Origin: Octopus vulgaris
Taxonomy: Eukaryota
NCBI GenBank assembly: GCA_951406725.2
Contig: OX597814.1
Coordinates: forward strand, 116,312,001-116,376,000
Direction: 5' to 3'
DNA: 64,000 bases
The translations under genes were made by a program, and so were the position numbers. The notes under the pieces are model-generated. The model made no database searches. It saw only the letters and a list, made by a program, of their open reading frames with translations, and was not told where the DNA came from. Shown here piece after piece: positions 41,141 through 55,255 of the stretch (position 1 is the stretch's first letter; the number at the start of each line of letters is the position of its first letter).

Positions 41141-42870
41141 TTGAAAATGGTACTCTTCAAGACAATGCCAAAACCATGGGAGAGATATTGCAGAAACAAT
41201 ATTGCTCTGTTTTCAGCAATCCTGATATGACTGATCTGGGCTGTATCAGTGATGTTACTCCCCAATACACTTTATCGGACATAACCTTTGGCGCTCCTGA
41301 TGTCTTAGCAGCAATAAAGGAAATGAAGCATAATTCAGCAGTAGGTCCCGATAGGTTCCCTGCTTGTGTCTTGAAGATGTGTCAAAACCAACTTGCACCT
41401 AGCCAATATGTGGCAGAACTCACTGGATGCTGGATATATACCAGAAGACCTTCTATCCCAGTCTGTTGTCCCAGTTTTCAAAAAAGGAAACAAATCGCTT
41501 GCCGTGAATTACCGTCCAATCTCACTCACCTCTCATATCATTAAGGTATTTGAGAGAGTGCTGAGATCGCGTATGACTCACTTCCTTGAGAGTCATAATA
41601 TGCTGAACTCCAACCAGCATGGATTCCGTAATGGGAGAGATTGCCTGACGCAGCTACTGCATCATTTTGATGACATTTTGAGAGCCTTGGGAAAGGGTTC
41701 CAACACTGATGTCATCTACCTTGATTTCAGCAAGGCCTTTGACAGGGTTGATCATAAGATCCTTCTGAGAAAGCTGTCCAATATTGGTGTCACTGGAAAG
41801 CTGCTGCAGTGGATCAAGTGCTTCCTGTCTAACAGAACCCAACATGTTGTAGTCAAAGGAGTCAAATCCAGCCCAGCCAAAGTCAGCAGTGGTGTCCCAC
41901 AAGGCACTGTGTTGGGCCCACTTCTCTTCATCAGCTACATAAATGATATTACTGACACCATCAAACACAGTAACATCAGAACCTTCGCTGATGATTCCAA
42001 GCTCCAGAAGGTCATCAATGGCGTTGATGACCGAATAAGCCTTCAGTCAGACCTACTGGCTGTTGTCCAATGGGCGGAAAAGAATAACATGTTGCTAAAT
42101 GAAGACAAATTCGAACTGATCCACTTTGGAAGGGAGGACGCTCTGAAACTCCCATACTCTCTTCCTTCGGAGAAATTCTCATGGCATCCAACAACATCAG
42201 AGACTTGGGAGTAACAGTGGACAACAACATAAGCTGGGCTACACATATAAGCAACAAAGTTGACATGGCCCGCAGAATGTGTTCTTGGATTCTCAGAACC
42301 TTCCAGTCGAGAGATTCCCGCACTATTATCCTTCTTTTCTCCACATTTGCCCGACCCCACCTTGAATACTGCTGTCCACTGTGGTCTCCCTACACAAAAC
42401 AAAATATTATGAGAATTGAAGCTCCCCAAAGGTCAATCACAAAAAAGATAGATGGCATGTCAGACCTTGACTACTGGGGTAGACTAGAGAAGCTGAAACT
42501 GTATTCACTCCAACGACGCTGTGAACGCTACATTATCTGTATGATGTGGAAAATATTCCATCAGCACCGTCCGAATGATGTTGGCATCACCTTCAAAATA
42601 CATCCAAGGCTTGGACCACGTGCCATCCGTCCACAACAAAAATCTAAATCGCATCACATAACGACAATATGGCACAACTATTTCACCTCAATTGGACTCG
42701 CTCTCTTCAACATTACACCAGGACACGTCAAAAAAGAAACTGACCACACAAAATTCAAGAAGTCTTTGGACAAATTCCTTCAAACAGTCGCGGACAAACC
42801 ACCCACACCCGGATATGTCTCCGCAAACAATAACTCTCTGCTCGAATGGGCCTTGGTGCCCAAATCCTGA
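41137..42870 (+). pseudogene. Non-LTR reverse transcriptase (ORF2 lacking APE), two frameshifts
   Basis: NYRPISLTS, QHGFR, YLDFSKAFDRVDH, GVPQGTVLGPLLF, FADDSK, RPHLEYC. Confidence 0.95.
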
Positions 42871-42955
42871 ATTGAAATGACTTCGCCAGGTGGTGCTATT
42901 AAGTTAGAGATGGCCTGGGCCAATACTGGCCAAAACCTTTGTAAGTTATTCTAAG

Positions 42956-43054
<99 letters not shown>

Positions 43055-44012
43055 TATATTTATATTTATATACACACACACAAACACATATACACACACA
43101 CAGTCTCTATCCCTTGGTTCCAGGTATAATTCCCTTAAGGGACTCCTTGAACTGGTGACCTCTACTATACCTAGACAGCCCAAAATCTTTTGATCGGATT
43201 TGGTACTTGGAAACAGGAAGGACACCGTCGAATATATATACATGCATAAACTACAACAGTAAACTACAAGAAATACGAAAACAAATGAGTTCAATACGCA
43301 AACAACGAGAGAAACAAATGGAAAACACGGAGAATTAAGATAAAGAACGACCTTTCATCAATTATCGGCTGTCTATCTGCACCTCATCTCGAGAATTGAA
43401 CTGTGATGCAGTGGTTTATAGTATACAATGCCCCGTGATCACAATTATGAACGCAACCACACACATTTACTGCTGGATGCATTGCCTTACGATTTCGACA
43501 CCTGCAAACATGAATTTATAATGCTTAAACAATGAAATCTTGAAATGTTTCCTTTGAAGGTGTGGAAACATCAGAAAGCTGCCTAATGTTAATGTTAATA
43601 CTGATGTCTTGTCAGAATGTATAAGCCATTCTTGGTAAATGTATTCGTATAATTAATGTTCTTAGCTGTGACATCTAGTATATTTAAGCTTTCAAGAATG
43701 TCGATTGATTTTCCCAAGTTAAGTGTGTTTCACTTTGAAGGTAAAAGCCAGCGCAGTTTTCGTACAGCCGTAGAAACATATAGAAACAGCTATAGTCATA
43801 CGATTCCAGTTTTATGAAACATAGACACACAGATATATACACAGATGTATAGTAATGTTTCTTGTTACGTCGACTTAACAATAATTCAACATTAATACTA
43901 CTCAATACTTTTTAAAGTTTATATATTTATTACACTTTTATACAAGAACGGCGAAAGTGACTTGAAATGATATTCACCACAAAATCCAGGCAGCCAGCCC
44001 TATGAATCTATA

Positions 44013-44078
<66 letters not shown>

Positions 44079-44466
44079 CGAGTGTGTGTGTGTGTGTGTG
44101 TGCATAATATAACATAGATGCTTGCACAAGAATAAACTTATATCAAACCCCATATCTGTATGTAAAGTATAATGAGATGGGATCTCAGTAATTAGAGTCC
44201 ACAATACATGTTAGAGCCTCATCAATAAAACTCAGGATTAGTGGTTCTGAAGTGGTGGCCAATATGTCCATTGGGTGGCCATATAAAAGTCCCGTGCAAA
44301 AAACAATGCACAAAATATTTAACCATTTTCTTACATTATTCTTAAGAAGATTTAATCATAAATATACAAGTGGAGCTTTTTAGCTATCTAATTGCCATAA
44401 TGTTCTCCACCCTTGAGTAAAATAAGAATCAAAGCCGCCTATGGGGAAAATAAACGTTATAAAGGT

Positions 44467-44544
44467 CCCAAGGGTATATGGCGTAGTGGTTAAGAGCGCA
44501 GGCTACTAATCTCAATATTCCGAGTTCGATTCAAAGCAGGGACT

Positions 44545-44617
<73 letters not shown>

Positions 44618-44760
44618 CAACATCGAAAAATACCTTATTAATGAGAACCCAGGTTCTAAATTTTCCCAAGGCTGGAGGGTATATCAGCCGAAACGTTGTG
44701 TTAACAACAAACAAGATGAGATCAAATATCCGTCAAATGTAAATAAGGTAAATAATGTTC
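44467..44760 (+). mobile_element. tRNA-head / (AAT)n / HHR element identical in layout to the Penelope 3' region; HHR core deleted
   Basis: A box 44479-44489, B box 44522-44532, (AAT)n, then ggctggagggtatatcagccgaaacgttgtgtt. The 13 nt acacctgatgaag are lost between aag repeats. Confidence 0.8.
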
Positions 44761-45011
44761 TAGTTAACTCTTCTACTGAAATAAAATGCATATACACAGA
44801 AGTTTGAATTCCAAATGTGCGCATATGTAAAAGGAGTTATCGTGAGCTGGGTCTCAAATATCTCGATTCCTATACACAAAGGTAGAATATGAAATCCGAG
44901 GGACGGAAGAGATACCAGAAGTCATTCAATCCATTACTCTAACCATTGAAAACCAATTCATCGCATTTTTGATTCTGCTCACAGCTGTTTCTTTCTTCCG
45001 TCTTTTCTTTG

Positions 45012-45085
<74 letters not shown>

Positions 45086-45131
45086 GTCTTTTCTTTCGTT
45101 CTTTCTTTCTTTCTTTCTTCTTTTCTTTCGT

Positions 45132-45183
<52 letters not shown>

Positions 45184-45200
45184 TTTTTTCTTTCTTTTTT

Positions 45201-45686
45201 TTCTGTGTCCTTATGTGACACAGAACGGTTATGTCACATAGCCAACTAGAAACGGTGTTTCCTGGGGCTAAATAGCGGTAGCTTTCTTCCTTTTCCCAGG
45301 ACTGCCACATTAAGTTGACAACAAATCACCACTTTATCGTTCTACTATTTCATAAGTCTCTCTGGGAGATTTAGAAATGTAATATTCCTAATTTTGTAAA
45401 TCAGTGAATTTATTTCACTTGAAAATTATATATGTTTTCAAAGGTGAATAAGTATTGACCGCTACTAAGCCAAACTACTCCAGACTGATGAAGAGCAATG
45501 ACTCTGAAACTAGTCTCTGGTTTCTGGCTTTGATGGGTGGAGGTGCTTATTTCCGCTGTTTGAAAACATAAGGACACAGAACACTTGTGTCACATAGCCA
45601 ACTGGAAACGGTGGTTCCTGGGGCTAAATAGCAGTAGCATCCTTCCCTTTCCTGCGACTGCCACATTAAATTGGCAACAAATCATC

Positions 45687-45692
<6 letters not shown>
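45201..45692 (+). mobile_element. 356-bp retrozyme-like tandem repeat (~1.3 units) with canonical HHR and 16-bp inverted 5' segment
   Basis: gacacagaac at 45217 and 45573. 45201-45216 is the reverse complement of 45566-45581. Long stem gttttcaaa/tttgaaaac, aataagtat/gtgcttatt, aagcca/tggctt leads to the HHR. Confidence 0.85.
45480..45520 (+). ncRNA. Canonical minimal type I hammerhead ribozyme
   Basis: ccaga CUGAUGA agag-caauga-cucu GAAA cuag UC ucugg; palindromic stem III (ACUAGU); predicted cleavage after C45515. Confidence 0.9.
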
Positions 45693-45722
<30 letters not shown>

Positions 45723-45833
45723 TTCAGCAGAATTGAGATTCAGATGATATATATATTTTTTTTTATATATTTTATGTATATATTTTGATATATATATATG
45801 AAGAGAGAAAGGGAAAGAGAAAGAGAGAGGGAA

Positions 45834-45897
<64 letters not shown>

Positions 45898-46475
45898 AAC
45901 AGAGAAAACATTATAAATACCTATTCCGCTGATAGGAAGCAATATATCAGCAGAACAGCAATAGGTTTTAAAACAATTTCCCGATTAATTTAATTGTATC
46001 AGGACGTAGGTAGACACAAAGAAAATTTCACTACACACACAAGAGCATATGTATACATAGACATATATGTATGTGAAAATCATTAACTAAATGAAAAAAA
46101 CAAAAAACTTGACACACACACACATACACATATACAAACACGTATATAACATAACCTCCCACACGTACATAATATACATAGTATTAAGAGACATTTTCAT
46201 ATATACACATATGATACACACGCTTATATATATGCATATATACATACACACGTATATATATATATACATGCATAAATGTATATATACATTTATGTCTCTA
46301 TATATACATATATAACATATACATATGTATATATTATATATATAATAAATATATTATATATCATATATATATATATTATATATATGTGTGCGTATGCATA
46401 TATCTATATGTATCTATCTATCTATCTATCTATCTATCAATATCAATCTATCTATCTATCTATCAATCTATCTTT

Positions 46476-46577
<102 letters not shown>

Positions 46578-47281
46578 CGATATATATAAAGAAACATTGA
46601 AACCATCAATACAGACGTAAACATTCAGTAAAATGAATTTCAGTTTAATTACACGTAAGGAAAAATATAATTTATCATCATGTTAATAAAACTATTGCAA
46701 AAAACATTTTACGAAATCATTATTGTACAAATGTTCTCCAATTTTCTTCTCAAACTGGAATAATTTGCTGTAGAGCAGAGTAAATATTGTTGACAATTAT
46801 TAAAGAGGTATCTGATATTTAATGATACCTTATTTGTCGAGTCATCGTTCGTAGAGTACAACTGAACAACAATGTTTTTTCTTCTTATAGGCTTGTCATA
46901 ATGAGTAAACAGAGTTTGATAGTGGATCAATTAAAATTTGTTAATTTGTCATAAATATCTGCATTAATGAAAACGAAATGAAACAGTTAAACAAAGTTTG
47001 TAAAGAATTTAGTTTCAGTAGCGTTTCATAAATGGCGGCGAGATGGCGGAAACGTTAGCACGTAAGACAATATATTTAGCCGCATTTCTTATTGCCCTTT
47101 ACGTTCTGAGTTCAGGTCTCATTTTTCATCATCTCGGGGTCGATAAAGTAAAAGAGAAATCCAGTACTTGGGCCCATAAAATGGGCATTTCCTACCCCCG
47201 AGGAAACTTGTTAGAGCAATGTTGTGATCTCTGGCCCTTACGCGTCTGTTGAAAATTCAGATTTCTCTCTCTCTCTCTTTT

Positions 47282-47316
<35 letters not shown>

Positions 47317-47406
47317 ATATATGGGTCATTCAATATGTGGCCGCTTGTGTATCGTTGGCCATTTTCTTTCTCCGTCTTCCCTTCCTTGGACCTTTCCTTT
47401 TTCTAT

Positions 47407-47441
47407 GTTTCTGACGAAGAGCTTCCCTCGAAACGTTAAAT
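47407..47441 (+). ncRNA. Minimal type I hammerhead ribozyme in a pLTR-like short element (47320-47545)
   Basis: guuu CUGACGA a gag-cuucc-cuc GAAA cg UU aaau. Confidence 0.75.
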
Positions 47442-47539
47442 CCCCCTTCTTTCTTTCCTTTCCTTTGCGTCCAATAACACTACACTTGTTCCACGTCCTC
47501 GCGTTGTTGTGTTTTCTCTTTGTGTTTTCATGTTTGGAT

Positions 47540-47598
<59 letters not shown>

Positions 47599-47618
47599 TT
47601 GGTGTGTGTATATGTATA

Positions 47619-47681
<63 letters not shown>

Positions 47682-48668
47682 AAATGAGATCCTTCCTCTT
47701 ATTATCTAACGTACAATGGTAATTGAACTGGTTATAACAATTGAACCCCAGACAATGAAATAACCTGCTGTCATCTGTACAGCTTGGTTTCCATTTCAAA
47801 TTTTTATCTCGCGTTAATAGTGAAATATTTCGAATTCATTAAAACTGGCATCGATTTTAGAAATAAATAAATTTCGTATAAGTTTTCTATTGATCCCTAA
47901 AATTTCAGCATCGGATTCTTGTGCACTCCGGGCATGAAATTAATCTACTTGGTACTACTTACGCAACAGTTAAAATATAGGTCTACAACTTGGAGTTGGC
48001 ATCCGTCGCAAGTTTACCTCACAGTGAATTAATTTCTACGATTATAGATTTGTTAGGTCTTCTTTGTTGGCAAATGTTATATTGAAATAGTTTTACTGAC
48101 CTCTATATGTCTTTGAGATTTAACAGATGAATGTTAGCCATTTTCAATTCCAATTTTCTCCTTTTGACATTATACTTTGACGTCCAGCCAAACACAAAAG
48201 CTTCAATTATCATTTTAAATATGCTTCGAAGAATCCTATTTGCGCTCCAGGTGGTTTCATGTGTTATTTTATGTATGCCTCACTACACTCTGATAACGAC
48301 TATCACGATTTTGATTTACAGCCAAACGCCTTAGTCTCATCATTGAGAAAATTTTTCTTTTCGTGTCTTCATTGATCCAGATACGTCAATCCTATATGCT
48401 TTTCATTGTAACAAAAATATTCCCGTATAACATTTTACTCGTCTGGATAACCTTTTTATTCAGCTTTTCAAGTTAACACGCACACTTGTTTAGATTTCTA
48501 AAGAAAGTGCATTTAGTCATACAAGTTTCTTATGTAAATAAAGCCACCCTGTGTATAAAAAATGTTAACTATTTGCTGTTTCCAAATCAGACATCGGTCA
48601 TTTGGAAACTTGTCTCTGACGTAAGGAAGCTCAAATGTTAAAAATTCTCTTGTGTTTTATGTCAGTGT

Positions 48669-49173
48669 GTGGAGGCGCAATGGCCCAGTGGTTAGGGCAG
48701 CGGACTCACGGTCGTAGGATCGCGGTTTCGATTCCCAGACTGGATATTGTGAGTGTTTATTGAGCGAAAACACCTAAAGCTCCACAAGGTCCCGACCGGG
48801 GGTGGTGGTGAATCCTGCTGTACTCTTTCACCACAACTTTCTCTCACTCTTTCTTCCTTTTTCTGTTGTACCTGTATTTCAAAGGGCCAGGCTTGTCAAA
48901 CTCTGTGTCACGCTGAATCTCTCCGACAACTACGTTAACGGTACACGTGTCTGGAGTGCTCGACCACTTGCACGTTAATAAATTAGCTGCGACGTCACTA
49001 GTGCCAAGCTGTATTTGCCTTTCCTTTGGATAACATCGGTGGCGTGGAGAGGGGAGGCCGGTGTACATGGGCGACTGCTGGTCTTCCATAAACAACTTTG
49101 CCCAGACTTGTACCTCGGAGGGTAACCTTCTAGGTGCAATCCCATAGTCATTCATGACCGAAGGGGGTCACAA
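48669..49173 (+). mobile_element. Full-length tRNA-derived SINE
   Basis: A box tggcccagtgg, B box ggtttcgattccc, 12-bp TSD ttatgtcagtgt (48657-48668 and 49174-49185). Confidence 0.9.
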
Positions 49174-49761
49174 TTATGTCAGTGTAAACAGTTTTTCTGA
49201 AACTAGTGCTTTTTGAGCGTTTTATTTTAGGTTTTTAATCTTAACTGGAGAAACTACGATTTACATACAACATATACAACACTGAATATCACATAATATT
49301 CAACATTACCAAAATATTAAACAGAGTGAAAACAATGTGTGGGAGATAATACATATACAGAGGGAAAGACGGAGAGAAAGAGTGATAACGAGTGAAAGAG
49401 TTGTGCAAAAGAGAGATATATTGATGGTAATAGATAGAGACTCTGAGATTTGTAGATCTAAAAGATGAGTTATATTCCGTAATAAATTTTATTTTATTTT
49501 ATTATTATTTACGGATAACCTTCTCTTTGCGGCGCAGATTTCGAAAATCAAATTCGTTTTACACGAGGACGCACCGCGTCAAAGCCTTTCTGGGCTAAAC
49601 AAACATACATAACCACATACCCTTGCATTTATATTATGGATACATACATCGTATAATATATCATACACGTAGATATATATTTATACACAGCCTCAAAAGC
49701 ATTCATATGTCAAGAATCACACGTCTTGTTCTTCTGTAAGAAATCTCTATTCATTGAAGGT

Positions 49762-49970
49762 TGGTTTCAAATTCTGACACAAGGGCAGCAATTTCGGGAG
49801 CGTGGATTACATTGAACCCACTGATCAACTTGTGCTATCTTTAATCGACTCTGAGAGGATGAACAGCAAAGTCGACCTCAGCGGAGTTTGAACTCGGAAC
49901 GGAAACACGGACGAAATGCCGCTAAGCATTTTCCCCAGCGTGTTAACGATTCTGCTGGCCCACCACCTTA
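49762..49970 (-). mobile_element. Family A SINE
   Basis: Reverse complement of the 16329 copy. Confidence 0.75.
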
Positions 49971-50799
49971 GAATCAATTGAAATTTATAATTATAATTAA
50001 ATGCGCTTACACATATATATGCTCACATTCATGCATACATGCTTATATATGTGCATGTGTATATGAGTATATATATATATATATATATACACATACATAC
50101 ACACACACATACATATACATACATACATACATACATACATACATACATACATACATACATACATACATACATAACACATACATACATATATTTATGTAGG
50201 CACGTAGAGTCCTGAGGTATTTTATCAACATGAAAAGATTCTAATGAGAAATGTTTCCTCGTATATAGCATATCTAATAAGTTAACAATTTCGGCCTGAA
50301 GACACAGACATAATTGTTATCATGAAAAGAGTCTCAGGTGTTCTAATCGTTAGTTATATCTGTAGAGATTCTCTTATTATTTATAATATGAATAGAATCG
50401 ATAAATTACCTGGCTATTTTGCCCTGAAGAGCTATACATACTTGCGTATTCTGTTGAAAATGCTGAGCTGTATTCTTGGCCAAGTTACTTATCTGAAGCC
50501 AGTTTGTATATTCACCTGCAAATGCGTATCTAATGAGGAAATTCTAAAATCGTATATAATTCATACCTTTTTCATTCGCTTAGATAAGATACTGAAGTCG
50601 ACTGCTGTGTTAATAATAATAGTTACTAGTTCTCAGGTCTAAAGTAGATTCATCTTTTAAGATTCACAAGACATCTGCGTTGTTTCCGTGTTTGATTTTC
50701 ATCAATGTTTCAATTGTCTACGGATGAACTTGAACAGAGATAGAATCCGCTGAGATAACATGACATTTTAACAGACATTTTAACAGACGACATTTTAAG

Positions 50800-50980
50800 T
50801 TACGGGTCTTCAATTCCTGTTGTACTCTTTCGCCCCAACTTTCCCTCACTCGTTGTTCCTGTTTTTTGAGTCACGCTGCGATGGACTGGCGTCCTGTCTA
50901 GCTGGGGGGAACACATGCGCCATAGAAACCAGGAAACCGGGCCCATGAGCCTGGCTAGGCTTGAAAAGGGCGCATAAATA
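50800..50980 (+). mobile_element. SINE 3' fragment with V-SINE-like central motif
   Basis: ctgcgatggactggcgtcctgtc and gaaaccaggaaaccgggccc, shared with the minus strand of 51525-51625. Confidence 0.6.
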
Positions 50981-51033
50981 AATATAAAAAATATTATTTT
51001 GGCTATAATCCACTGATGGGTATAAAAAGACTT

Positions 51034-51089
<56 letters not shown>

Positions 51090-51454
51090 TGCATATATAC
51101 ATGAACCTTCACGATCAGAGAACCGGTAGATATGCTAACTCTGTGGAAAACCTTAGTCCTGAGAAGATTAGATTACTGCTCACAGCTGTAGTCTTCAAAT
51201 TCACCCCGGTCTTATAGGAAGAAATTGAAGGGTTACAAAGAACATTCACCAGTAAAATAATCGGTTAATGGCCTTAATGTCTGGGAACGCCTGATTCTGT
51301 AGACAGATAAGCAAGTACTCTCAGTAAGTGATGAAATTCCATCGCACTACATGCATAGACGTCGGCTCTATTGTTCTTTGTCTATCAACGGAGACATCGT
51401 GCGTAAAGGCATGTTATTTACACCTGTCTGTAGCACACAGTATTGAATAAAATC

Positions 51455-51502
<48 letters not shown>

Positions 51503-51524
51503 GATGTATGTATATAGATATATG

Positions 51525-51824
51525 TTTGTTCCTTCTCGAGCCACGTCTGGCTCGTAAGGGCCGGTTTCCCGGTTTCATTGGCGTATAGGTTCCCCACCTG
51601 GACGGGACACCGGTCCGTCGCGGGTGAACTGCAAGATGCAAGAGGAAAGAGTGAGAGAAAGTTGTGGCGAAAGAGTCAGCAGAAGTTCAGCATTATCTTC
51701 TGCTGGAGCCGCGCGGAGCTTAGGTGTTTCGCTCATAAACACACACATCGCCCGGTCTGAGATTCAAACCCGCTATCTCTCGACCGCGAGTCCGCTGCTC
51801 TAACCACTAGGTCATGTGCCTCCA
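51525..51824 (-). mobile_element. tRNA-derived SINE; head related to 48669, 3' half related to 50800
   Basis: Minus strand tggaggcacatgacctagtggttagagcagcggactcgcggtcg...ggtttgaatc. Confidence 0.85.
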
Positions 51825-51961
51825 TATATTATTTTAATCTTTTAAAGGTTTCAGTCACCGGACTGCGGCCATGCTTAAGAACGGCCTTAATCTTTGGTCA
51901 ATGATCGAATTTGCTGTAGTTGATCTCCACTGGGAATGCCCGAAAGCTCTGCAGCTCTACT

Positions 51962-52040
<79 letters not shown>

Positions 52041-52059
52041 AGAGAGAGAGAGAGAGATA

Positions 52060-52420
52060 TTAACTATTATATACGTACGGAAGATCCTAGAGAGTCATGT
52101 TCCAAACATTGGCATCAAAGCGAATTCTAATGCTCGAACTGGTAGGTACTGACAGCTTCCAAATATACCATCTTCAAAGCCACAAGCATAATCACTGTAC
52201 TGAATGTACCATTCTAATATTCAGAGATTCTCAAGTATTCAACTTCTTACCCAAAGATATTAGAAATATAACGGGGCTTCAACTGAATCTTTCACAACAG
52301 AATTGGCGGAAAGCCTGACGACGATACTGGACCAACCCACCATTTACGGATACACTCAGGGGAGATCAACTACTACAAATTCGATTATTGACCAACTTTC
52401 AATCAAAAAGTGGCAAAAAA
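52060..52420 (+). mobile_element. Decayed CR1/L2-group LINE 3' fragment
   Basis: IIYVRKILESHVPNIGIK..NARTGR, FNFLPKDIRNITG; homologous to 5938-6300. Confidence 0.7.
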
Positions 52421-52451
52421 AAGTATATATGAGGCATATATATTTATATAC

Positions 52452-52695
52452 ATAGCTGTCGCCAATCTAATATGGCAGTTCATAAATATAGGACGAATGC
52501 TGCCGTTGATTAGCTCCAAGAAGCCATCGCCTCTAGCTAGCTATGTGAAACACGAACTAACTAGAGGCAATGGCCTCTTGGAGCTAATCAACGGCAGCAT
52601 TCGTCCTATATTTATGAACTGCCATATTAGATTGGCGATAACTATTAATATCCAGTACCGCTGCCGTAGTCTCCCTTCGAGAGACCTAGAAATAT
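52452..52695. repeat. ~89-bp-arm palindrome (52452-52645) built from the conserved domain of the retrozyme-like family
   Basis: Right arm ctagaggcaatggcctcttggagctaatc...ctgccatattagattggcga...gtctcccttcgagagacctagaaat aligns with 45245-45378. Confidence 0.8.
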
Positions 52696-52747
52696 TTATA
52701 TTTATATTTATATACACATATATACATACATTCATACACACATACAC

Positions 52748-52808
<61 letters not shown>

Positions 52809-53979
52809 GATGATATTCAATACTGTGTGCCATAGACAGGTATAAATACCTTGTCTTTAGGCATGATGTTTCCGTTGAGAGACAGAGAACAATAGAGCCG
52901 ACGTCTATGTATGTTGTGCGATGGAATTTCATCAGCTCGTTTGGAGACTATTGCTAAAGAAACACTCGTTTGGAGACTATTGCTAAAGACGTAGTAATTT
53001 CCACATACGACCGTTCTTCCTTTATTGTCGAGGTTAGAGTATGAACTCTCCAGATATCTATCTATCTATGAATAACTACAATCACGTACTCCTCGGGTCC
53101 TCGACTCTTTTAGCGGTGATTATAGACAATAGACTTTCAGTATATAGATATATCTATGAAGAACTACTGTGAAATTTTACGTTACTGATTTTCCTGGTTT
53201 TCTACCCTCCTAATGGTATTTAGACATGCTTTGGTATAACAGTTTATAAACGCTCTGGTGCTATTTACAGCCGTTTGTCTATCATTTTCTTTCGTTATAC
53301 ATACACTCGTATGTGTGTATGTGTGTAGATGTATATGAACCTTATTCCTGAGGGAAGTTTGATAGGACGTCATGGAAGATTAGATATAAAACATATGAAA
53401 ATGACTCACATCCGCGTATTGGAAATTTTATTCAAACAATATGGCGTCAATAACCGTGAAAATAAAATAAAACAAAAGAAAATGACAAAATTAAAACCAG
53501 GTCATTAAGTGATTAATCCAAGGGAGATTACTAGTTGTCATTAATATGTGATATTATCTCCCGTTATGATATTTAAGTTGTTTTATTTTCATTACGTATT
53601 TGTTTTTATTGTTTGAACATATTCTGATCTAGGCAACATGGTAAGTAGAAATCAATTTGTGCGTGGTATTATCACAAATGCTAATGGGATTAGTATGACA
53701 GAGTACAAAGTTAGTCCTTTAATAATAAACTAAATATGTATCTTAGTTCTATTCATATATATTTCTTTTTAAATGTGTACATTTAGTGAATGGTTTGTAT
53801 GCCTCACCCGGGCAGCGGTACCTCTTTTCAAGACGGTGCCCCAGCATCGCCACAGTCAAATGACTGAAACAAGTAAAAGAGTAAAAGAGTATACTTGAGT
53901 ATAGGCACAAACGAGTAACATGCTAACTGTCGTGCATGGATATATAATGCCAACATATGCATACACGAAATTTATGCAA

Positions 53980-54420
<441 letters not shown>

Positions 54421-54731
54421 TATATACACGCACATTCATGTATATGCGTGTATGTACACACGTACACACACACATATATATCCTTATACATACAAACAGG
54501 CATACAAACATGCATACATATATTTAGATTTAGTGTATAATGATTTTAGGAATATCGAACATATTCTAATATGTCAGACTGCTTGCAAATATTATCTAAA
54601 TCAGACGTCTATATTTGGAGTTATGTGAAACGCGTTGATTGTATCAAAACGCGACTCTTATCGAGTTTGCCTAGCGGCTGATCTCTGCTGGCCGCTCAAG
54701 TGAACACTCACAATTTCGTTATGAACAAACA

Positions 54732-54810
<79 letters not shown>

Positions 54811-55004
54811 CCACACACACACAGACAAACACACAGAGCCACACACACACACAAACACTACGGCGAAGCAGCTAAAACGAAATTTCGCTGTAACTTCTAG
54901 AATCTTTCTTGTAAAATGCATAATACATGTCATTCAGTCTTGAAAAGCATTCAGTTATACTTCATGTTTTTGTTTTATTTCCGATCTTTTCAGTTCTATA
55001 TTTA

Positions 55005-55191
55005 AGAGATGAGGAATTATGTACATTATTTACATTATTTACATTTGACGGATATTATTTGTCCTCATCTTGTTTATTGTAAACACAACGTTTCGGCTGA
55101 TATACCCTCCAGCCTTCATCAGGTGTCTTGGGGAAATTTCGAACCTGGGTTCTCATTCCTAAGGTATTTTTCGATGTTATTATTATTATTA

Positions 55192-55240
<49 letters not shown>

Positions 55241-55255
55241 TATTATTATTACTAT
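55005..55255 (-). mobile_element. 3' half of a tRNA-head/(AAT)n/HHR element; its 5' side resumes at 59221-59337
   Basis: Matches 29398-29640 and the reverse complement of 44547-44760. 59309-59337 matches the reverse complement of 44522-44549. Confidence 0.85.
55082..55127 (-). ncRNA. Minimal type I hammerhead ribozyme (Penelope type)
   Basis: gacac CUGAUGA a ggcug-gaggguauau-cagcc GAAA cg UU guguu. Confidence 0.85.

Noticed and set aside
45240-45380. Conserved domain as a twister, pistol or hairpin ribozyme
   Set aside because: Only short look-alike words (UAAUG, AGUAAC, UAAAUAG); the required pseudoknots and motif order were not found by eye.
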